Shown: one piece after another, positions 54,929 through 61,242 of the stretch | Position numbering within the stretch: position 1 is the first letter of the stretch | Layout: the number at the start of each line of letters is the position of its first letter | NCBI GenBank assembly: GCA_040753015.1 | Contig: JBFMHM010000002.1 | Span: 36,319 to 100,318 of the forward strand | Source: Candidatus Omnitrophota bacterium | GTDB lineage: Bacteria; Omnitrophota; Gorgyraeia; Gygaellales; JBFMHM01 | Reading direction: 5' to 3' | DNA: 64,000 bases | The notes under the pieces: generated by a model | Database searches by the model: none | What the model saw: the letters and a program-made list of their open reading frames with translations, nothing else | Told to the model about the DNA's origin: nothing | Translations under genes and position numbers: made by a program

Positions 54929-55558
54929 ATGAAATATTTAACCTTAATACAAAAAATACAAAATAGTAAATATTATATTTTTTCCCTTCGCGATTTATTG
55001 ATTTTATTCCCTCAAGAAAATAAGAAAACTTTGCAGAATCAGTTATGTGAGTGGATCAAAAAAAAATACATCATCCGTTTAAAGCGAGATTTATATGAAC
55101 TCATTGATAAAAGCAAAGAAATTATTATCCCCGATGTTTATATTGCAAATAGGCTTTATCAGCCTTCTTATGTATCCTTGGAAACCGCTCTCTCTATTTA
55201 TAATATTATTCCGGAAGTTGCATTTGCCGTAACCTCGCTAACAACTAATGTCACGCGTAAATTTAAAAATAGCTATGGCCAATTCTATTATTTTTCTTGC
55301 AAGCCGAGCGCTTTCACGGGATATCAAATACAAGAATATGCCGGATTTAAAACAGCCATTGCAGATAAAGAAAAAGCCATTGTAGACTTTTTATATTTTC
55401 GATTTAACGGTAACAAAATCCCTGATTTTAAGGAGGAAAGATTTGATAAAGATATTGTCGAGGAAATTCGCTGGGATAAATTATTTACTTATGCTAAACT
55501 CTACAACCTCAAGGTTTGGAAACTTTCTAATTTTTTAAAGGAGTTTGTCGGATGCTGA
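54929..55558 (+). CDS. AbiEi-like antitoxin/transcriptional regulator (type IV TA system) - putative
   Basis: ~209 aa protein immediately upstream of, and translationally coupled to (ATGCTGA overlap), an AbiEii-type nucleotidyltransferase. Start taken at ATG 54929 (MKYLTLIQKIQ). Confidence 0.45.
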   Translation: MKYLTLIQKIQNSKYYIFSLRDLLILFPQENKKTLQNQLCEWIKKKYIIRLKRDLYELIDKSKEIIIPDVYIANRLYQPSYVSLETALSIYNIIPEVAFAVTSLTTNVTRKFKNSYGQFYYFSCKPSAFTGYQIQEYAGFKTAIADKEKAIVDFLYFRFNGNKIPDFKEERFDKDIVEEIRWDKLFTYAKLYNLKVWKLSNFLKEFVGC

Positions 55559-56337
55559 CATGGGATGGATTAATAGAACAAGCCAAAATATTGAACTTGC
55601 CATTAAATAAACAACGGGCAATTGTCAGGGAATATGCCCAAACAATTATTTTAAAAGGAATTTATCAAGCTGATCTCGGAAAAAAATTATTTTTTATCGG
55701 CGGCACTGCCTTGAGATTCGCTTATGGCCTTAAGCGATTTTCCGAAGATTTAGATTTTGATGCCAACAAGAATTTAACTTTTATGGATTTTAAACAAATT
55801 CTAAAAGTTTGTAATACTACGTTAGAAAAAGAAGGAATAGAAAATTCCACTACCTGTAAGGAAAAAGGCAGTTTATTAATCGGCCAGATTAAACTAACCA
55901 ATATTCTACAAAATTATAATATTACAAAATTAAAAGATGAAAAATTGATGATAAAATTTGAACTAAACAGGCCAAAATGGAATCTTACGGCAGAATCTGC
56001 CGTAATTAACAGATATGGATATCTATTTACAGCTATGCTGGCAAACAAATCTGTAATGTTTTCTGAAAAAATAATTGCATTCCTTAATCGAAAACGCGGC
56101 AGGGATATTTATGATATAATTTTTATGCTTCAAAATAAATTCCCTATAGATAATCATATTTTAAAAGCAAACGGCTATGAATTAAGCACAAAAGAATTAA
56201 TTCTTAACCGTATTAAAAGTTTAAAAAATAATGACTTGCATTATTTAACAAAACAAGTCGAACCATTTTTACTTCAGGAAGAAGAAAAAGATTTTATTAT
56301 TAATTCCGCAAATTATATCAAAGCGCTTTTAGCTTGA
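55552..56337 (+). CDS. AbiEii/AbiGii-family nucleotidyltransferase toxin (DUF1814-type)
   Basis: N-terminal NTase motif FFIGGTALRFAYGLKRFSEDLDFD (GGTAL ... DLDF). Confidence 0.6.
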   Translation: MLTWDGLIEQAKILNLPLNKQRAIVREYAQTIILKGIYQADLGKKLFFIGGTALRFAYGLKRFSEDLDFDANKNLTFMDFKQILKVCNTTLEKEGIENSTTCKEKGSLLIGQIKLTNILQNYNITKLKDEKLMIKFELNRPKWNLTAESAVINRYGYLFTAMLANKSVMFSEKIIAFLNRKRGRDIYDIIFMLQNKFPIDNHILKANGYELSTKELILNRIKSLKNNDLHYLTKQVEPFLLQEEEKDFIINSANYIKALLA

Positions 56338-56346
56338 TAATGCTTC

Positions 56347-59300
56347 TTATCCAATAATCGTAATTTGTACTTGTGAGAGGTCAATGCCGCCTGCCCCGTG
56401 GGCGTCAGCCTCTACGGGGCCGGTGGCCTGTGGTATTTCTACGGCTGTGGTTGCAACTATTAACACAGGTTGCGCCGCAGATAGCTCTCCTATATGCTCC
56501 ATAGTTGTATCTGGGTCGCCTCCTGCATCTCTTACTAATGCCTCTTGCTCTAGCGTTAAGCCACCTTGTAATTCAGCTGGTACAGCTGGGCTACTTATAC
56601 CGCCTTTATCTTCCTTCCTCTCCCATACCACATACACATCTTTAAATGAATAATCTTTTGGTAATGTATTCCATTTAATAGGTTCGCCTAATGTTGTTTT
56701 AGGATATTTTTTTCTTTCGATTGTTTTGTTTATATCCGAGCGGTTGGAAAGAATATTCCTATCAGTAGGAAAATAAAGAGCTTCAAAACCACCTGCCTCT
56801 GCAATACTAATAAGCGCTTGTTCAACTAAAGGATACAGTTCGCTTGCCTTTACTTGCGAAAGAAATTCCATACTTGGGTTTATCCCAGGGCAAGTAAGGT
56901 ATTTTTTGCCTCCAATAGTTACAATGTATAACCCGATAAAACCGCAAGCCTGATTGGTAGCTGTATCGATAATTGCAAGCGGTAAGAAACTTGTATCTTT
57001 CCAAAGCTTAATGTCCGGAGCAACACATACACCTGCGTTTAAGCCCCATAAACTAAAAGGTATGCCTTTTGCAATACGAAATTCTAATTTAGCGGTTCCT
57101 TTGGTGTAAGCAATAAACTTTGCCTTTTCCTGCCTTATAGTATCTAATGTTGGTTTAAAAAATGCCTTTGTTAGGGCAGGCTTTGACGCCTTTGGATGCG
57201 GCCTACGAGCAAGTATCGCATTAATCGCTTCTATTAAATCTGAATTGTTAATTAAGGGTAATATTTGAATTGTTATTTGGAAATTTGTAAACTTGCTTAA
57301 AACACGAGTTATTGCCTGTTGTTTACGAGTATCATCCAGTGCAGCATTTGACCAGATACTTTCTAATATAGTTTTGATTGATTCTGGGTTTGCAATAGAG
57401 TCACCTTCTTCAGAAAGACTAGGAAATGTGTCCGCATCTAATTCGTCTAACACTTCTTTAAATAGCTTAGACAGCTCCTCTTTATCCGTAAACATAATCT
57501 CAAATATTTGGACGCTTGAGTAATCATCAGTAATTGCCTCAAGCCGCTGTTTTATGGCTTCATCATAACTTGCAAACTTATAGAACTTAGCTAAAGCTTC
57601 TTCCTGCTTGGTTGAATTGAGAAGATCAGCTAACCACTCAACTAAAGCTTGTTTAAATGCCTTTTTTGCTTCTCTTTGTTCTTCTGTTCGTTTTGCCTCA
57701 TCAGAAATAGAGCAACGCAGGTGGTTAAGTAAAGAAGAAAGTTTGCTATCCGGATCAAAGGTTTTTCCAGGGGCTAACCTATATTCAACAAGGTTAAGGC
57801 TGCTTTCGCCAAAGCTTCTATCTTTAAGCTCGGCTGGGATATGTTTTCTTAGGTCACCTGCTTGGCTAAAGCTATTGAAATGGTTTTGTATATCTTCTTT
57901 TTTTACAAAAGATGCCCCTGATGCCGGAATAGCCATTTGCAATACTGCAATAACTGCTTCATTAAGTTCTGTTTTAGGGATACCTTTAGCTTTTAAGAGC
58001 TGTCTTAATAATGCAAGCTCCTGTTCACCGACTTTATCTTGGACAATTTGCTGTTTAAAGGCAAACAATTCTTGTAAACCCTCTTGGCCTGTTTGTTTGT
58101 ATAACCTAAATAAGCTTGGGCTAAAAGAATGAGTTAGGTCAACAAATTCAAAGATTCGCCCTCTTTCATCATCTGATAAGCTTATATCAACGCTTCTGCT
58201 TTTAAGGCCATCTAAGATGCCATCAAGGACTTGTATTGCAATACGCCTATTATGTTCAATTACTTTTATGTAAAAATCAACTACAGCAAAAAAATTTAAT
58301 TGCTTATCTTTTATAAATGGAACATATTGTTCAACTAAGAGTTGAAGTAGAGAACCTGAAGTATACTTATCGCTAGCAGCAAATAACGCTAATAATTTTA
58401 TAACAATATCATCCCAGTTAGCTCTTAGGAAGTCTTCGCCGAGGCTGTTTTTAAGTGCGGGAAGGCTGTGCTGGAATAAATACCAGGCATTTCCTCCTGC
58501 GGCAATACCTAATCGCACAATATCATCCCAGTTAGCTCTTAGGAAGTCTTCGCCGAGGCTGTTTTTAAGTGCGGGAAGGCCGTGCTGGAATAAACCCCCG
58601 GCATTTCCTCCTGCGGCATTTGCTAATTGTACAAGCTGATTGCCTACAGTATTTAGCGATGCTGCATCAGTAATTAAGCCAAGATCCTTTGCAAAAGGAA
58701 GGCCGTAGAAGAATAAATACAAGGCATTTCCTCCTGCGGCAATACCTAATCGCACAATATCATCCCAGTTAGCTCTTAGGAAGTCTTTGCCAAGGCTGGT
58801 TTTAAGTACGGGAAGGCCGTACTGGAATAAACCCCCGGCATTTCCTCCTGCGGCATTTGCTAATTGTACAAGCTGATTGCCTACAGTATTTAGCGATGCT
58901 GCATCAGTAATTAAGCCAAGATCCTTTGCAAAAGGAAGGCCGTGCTGGAATAAAGACAAGGCATTTCCTCCTGCGGCATTTGCTAATTGTACAAGCTGAT
59001 TGCCTACAGTATTTAGCGATGCTGCATCAGTAATTAAGCCAAGATCCTTTGCAAAAGGAAGGCCGTGCTGGAATAAACCCCCGGCATTTCCTCCTGCGGC
59101 AATACTTAATCGCACAATATCATCCCAGTTAGCTCTTAGGAAATCTTCGCCGAGGCTGTTTTTAAGTGCGGGGAGGCCGTGCTGGAATAAATTCCAGGCA
59201 TTTTCTCCTGCGGCATCATATAGTTTCTTAAAATAAATATATCCGTACTCATCGATAATAAACCTATAAAGATTTTTCCAATTTGTGCCTATTTCAAAAT

Positions 59301-61134
59301 TTTTGCTAGATAAGAATTCTTTTGCTGCTTGTTCTTCGTCTGGCAATTGTTTATTTCTATTTAATATTGCCCTCTTTATTCTTAGATAAAGTTCTTTTGT
59401 ATCCTGCCACATTAGTTGTAAATTAGTGCTCCCATCTTTCCTTAAATAGGCATTGTAATTTCGTTTACATAAAAAACTTAACAATAAAATTACCGGATTC
59501 ACTCCTGAACCATAAAAAGTAATTTCGTCATTATCTTGTGCTGCTCCTCCTACTGGAAAACTTGCCTCGACTTTAATATCACCTGTAGCAACTGCCCTGA
59601 ATTGACGAGCTGAAGCTGAATCTGCTACAGTAGTTGCTCCGGCAAACGCTCCCAACTCCACACCACCACTCACATAACTTCTTCGAATTTGGCGAGCCAC
59701 TGGCGTATCGCCAATTCGATCCTGAGCACTGTCGAAGGATCTTGTAGTTTTAGTAAGGTGGTATTCTCCTTGTTTTACTGAGTCTAAGTATGCGGCAAAG
59801 ATTTGTTGCGGGGTTATTAGATCCTTAGATATTAGCCCCCTTAGATTATTAGAGTTAATTATCTGCGCAAAAGCATTTGCCCTAAACCAGTCAGACCGCT
59901 TCGCTGATGGTATAGGGTCACCCTGAACCGTGCTTTGCTCTGGTTCAGGGCTGAGTTCTTTAGAAATTAGGCCATTCAAATTGTTTGTGTTGATAATTGA
60001 TGAAAAAGAATCTGTAGGGGCGAAACCATGTTTTCGCCCATCAGTTATAGGGCGATTACGCGCCTGCCTACCGGCAAGGCAGGGAATCGCCCCTACGTTA
60101 TCTTGCCCTATACCAGAGCTCGCTTCGCTCGCACGGTATAGGGTAAGCGCTTTGCGCTTATACCATTTAGCAAGTATTATTGCATTGTAAATTTGTCTTA
60201 GTGGCTCATAGCTTGAGTCATGGTTAACTTTATAGGTTAGGTTAGGAAGTATTAGTTCTTTTAGTTGGGATTCACAGTAGGATTGTAGTTCTTCAGTTCG
60301 ACTGTTCGTCAGTTCTTCGGTTCTTCGGTTTTGTTCTTCTTTTTGATTTTTGGTTTGTATATTTGATTTTTGATATTTGATATTTGATTTTTCAAGGTAT
60401 TCACTTTCCAGTAACACTTTCAGTGTTGATTTGGTAATTACACAGCTACCTTTACCGTCTTCGTATACTTCTGCTTTGTCTGGGACAATCCAGACACGGA
60501 AGGTGATTGGAATGTTTAATTTATCTGTAGGGGCGAAACCATGTTTTCGCCCATCAGTTATAGGGCGATTACGCGCCTGCCTACCGGCAAGGCAGGGAAT
60601 CGCCCCTACGGGTTGTTTCTGCAATTCTTTTGCCTTTTCAAACACCCTATTCCAATACTCTGTTGCTCCTTGTGATAATCCTGGGAATAATGCAAAGGCT
60701 GTGTCTTTCTTTAGCTTTAGGTCTAGGAGTAATAGATGCTTACCCATGTCTGTGTAGGCAATATTTGCTCCTGTAAGCCTATTAGGCTGGTTTGGGTTTA
60801 GGTTAACCCAGAATTCAGAGTCGTTTATGGTTAGAGCTGTTAGAAAGTAGTTTATGTTGGTTGCAAGGTTTGCTCTTTGGTCTTTGGTTAGAATTGTGTT
60901 CTTTGGGATGTTTAAATGAAACGATATCGTTTCATTTAAACCCTGAACCGTGCTATGCTCTGGTTCAGGGTAGAAGTTAATGCCCAATAATGTTGGCCCC
61001 GAAAAATCCGCTAACGCGGATCTCGGGGTTATGTTTTGAAAACCATAACAAAACTGGTTAAAACAAAAAATCCCTGCTAATAATAAGATAAATATACGTT
61101 TAATCATATATAATAAGTATGCACTATAAAACAA
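56347..61134 (-). CDS. Giant (1595 aa) secreted repeat protein of unknown function; N-terminal signal peptide, in-frame palindromic insertions, ~7 tandem ~41-aa helical repeats, unknown C-terminal ~400-aa domain
   Basis: Uninterrupted ORF. Signal-peptide-like MIKRIFILLLAGIFCFNQFCYG (the true start may be Met10, ~61107). The internal repeats are described in the separate repeat features below. Confidence 0.6.
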   Translation of the reverse strand: MFYSAYLLYMIKRIFILLLAGIFCFNQFCYGFQNITPRSALADFSGPTLLGINFYPEPEHSTVQGLNETISFHLNIPKNTILTKDQRANLATNINYFLTALTINDSEFWVNLNPNQPNRLTGANIAYTDMGKHLLLLDLKLKKDTAFALFPGLSQGATEYWNRVFEKAKELQKQPVGAIPCLAGRQARNRPITDGRKHGFAPTDKLNIPITFRVWIVPDKAEVYEDGKGSCVITKSTLKVLLESEYLEKSNIKYQKSNIQTKNQKEEQNRRTEELTNSRTEELQSYCESQLKELILPNLTYKVNHDSSYEPLRQIYNAIILAKWYKRKALTLYRASEASSGIGQDNVGAIPCLAGRQARNRPITDGRKHGFAPTDSFSSIINTNNLNGLISKELSPEPEQSTVQGDPIPSAKRSDWFRANAFAQIINSNNLRGLISKDLITPQQIFAAYLDSVKQGEYHLTKTTRSFDSAQDRIGDTPVARQIRRSYVSGGVELGAFAGATTVADSASARQFRAVATGDIKVEASFPVGGAAQDNDEITFYGSGVNPVILLLSFLCKRNYNAYLRKDGSTNLQLMWQDTKELYLRIKRAILNRNKQLPDEEQAAKEFLSSKNFEIGTNWKNLYRFIIDEYGYIYFKKLYDAAGENAWNLFQHGLPALKNSLGEDFLRANWDDIVRLSIAAGGNAGGLFQHGLPFAKDLGLITDAASLNTVGNQLVQLANAAGGNALSLFQHGLPFAKDLGLITDAASLNTVGNQLVQLANAAGGNAGGLFQYGLPVLKTSLGKDFLRANWDDIVRLGIAAGGNALYLFFYGLPFAKDLGLITDAASLNTVGNQLVQLANAAGGNAGGLFQHGLPALKNSLGEDFLRANWDDIVRLGIAAGGNAWYLFQHSLPALKNSLGEDFLRANWDDIVIKLLALFAASDKYTSGSLLQLLVEQYVPFIKDKQLNFFAVVDFYIKVIEHNRRIAIQVLDGILDGLKSRSVDISLSDDERGRIFEFVDLTHSFSPSLFRLYKQTGQEGLQELFAFKQQIVQDKVGEQELALLRQLLKAKGIPKTELNEAVIAVLQMAIPASGASFVKKEDIQNHFNSFSQAGDLRKHIPAELKDRSFGESSLNLVEYRLAPGKTFDPDSKLSSLLNHLRCSISDEAKRTEEQREAKKAFKQALVEWLADLLNSTKQEEALAKFYKFASYDEAIKQRLEAITDDYSSVQIFEIMFTDKEELSKLFKEVLDELDADTFPSLSEEGDSIANPESIKTILESIWSNAALDDTRKQQAITRVLSKFTNFQITIQILPLINNSDLIEAINAILARRPHPKASKPALTKAFFKPTLDTIRQEKAKFIAYTKGTAKLEFRIAKGIPFSLWGLNAGVCVAPDIKLWKDTSFLPLAIIDTATNQACGFIGLYIVTIGGKKYLTCPGINPSMEFLSQVKASELYPLVEQALISIAEAGGFEALYFPTDRNILSNRSDINKTIERKKYPKTTLGEPIKWNTLPKDYSFKDVYVVWERKEDKGGISSPAVPAELQGGLTLEQEALVRDAGGDPDTTMEHIGELSAAQPVLIVATTAVEIPQATGPVEADAHGAGGIDLSQVQITIIG
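58389..59214 (-). repeat. Coding tandem repeat, ~7 units of ~123 nt (38-41 aa; two alternating unit types), long stretches 100% identical between units
   Basis: Units of type AAGGNAxxLFQHGLPALKNSLGEDFLRANWDDIVRLGI alternate with type AAGGNAxxLFQHGLPFAKDLGLITDAASLNTVGNQLVQLAN. Nucleotide blocks such as ATTTGCTAATTGTACAAGCTGATTGCCTACAGTATTTAGCGATGCTGCATCAGTAATTAAGCCAAGATCCTTTGCAAAAGGAAGGCCGT recur three times. Confidence 0.85.
60012..60097. repeat. GC-rich 86-nt palindromic element, copy A (in-frame inside the giant gene)
   Basis: CTGTAGGGGCGAAACCATGTTTTCGCCCATCAGTTATAGGGCGATTACGCGCCTGCCTACCGGCAAGGCAGGGAATCGCCCCTACG. Terminal inverted repeats GTAGGGGCG / CGCCCCTAC. Internal hairpins GGGCGAAA/TTTCGCCC and CCTGCC/GGCAGG. 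Encodes VGAIPCLAGRQARNRPITDGRKHGFAPTD. Confidence 0.85.
60525..60610. repeat. GC-rich 86-nt palindromic element, copy B (100% identical to copy A, 513 nt = 171 codons away)
   Basis: Identical 86-nt string, same reading frame, different flanks. Confidence 0.85.
60911..60970. repeat. Two adjacent 30-nt palindromes inside the coding sequence
   Basis: 60911-60940 TTTAAATGAAACGATATCGTTTCATTTAAA is a perfect palindrome. 60941-60970 CCCTGAACCGTGCTATGCTCTGGTTCAGGG has 9-bp arms. A second copy of the latter, CCCTGAACCGTGCTTTGCTCTGGTTCAGGG, lies at 59921-59950. Both copies encode PEPE(H/Q)STVQG. Confidence 0.85.
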
Positions 61135-61242
61135 CCAATTTCAAGGGTTTTTGGGCGAAAAATGTAAGCGCTTTCAGTATGCGCTTTTTGCAGACTGAAG
61201 ATGCGTCTCGCCAACGGGTTAATGACGGACGGTTATATAGAA

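Noticed and set aside
58389-59214. Regular ~123-nt repeats that could superficially resemble a CRISPR array
   Set aside because: The repeats are contiguous with no unique spacers, and the period is far longer than CRISPR repeats. The whole stretch is an uninterrupted ORF encoding helical protein repeats, and no cas genes are nearby.
56384-60757. Plus-strand ORFs inside the giant gene (56384-56653, 57293-57523, 57608-58132, 59000-59236, 59930-60190, 60377-60757) and minus 56822-57004
   Set aside because: They are antisense or out-of-frame relative to the continuous 1595-aa minus-strand ORF. The two that span the 86-nt elements are open only because the GC-rich palindromes lack stop codons in several frames.
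61135-61242. Hairpin AAGCGC-N9-GCGCTT with flanking T/A runs between the two large minus-strand genes as a terminator
   Set aside because: The stem is only 6 bp. The U-tract is interrupted on the minus strand and is oriented better for the plus strand, where no gene ends. Too weak to annotate as a feature.
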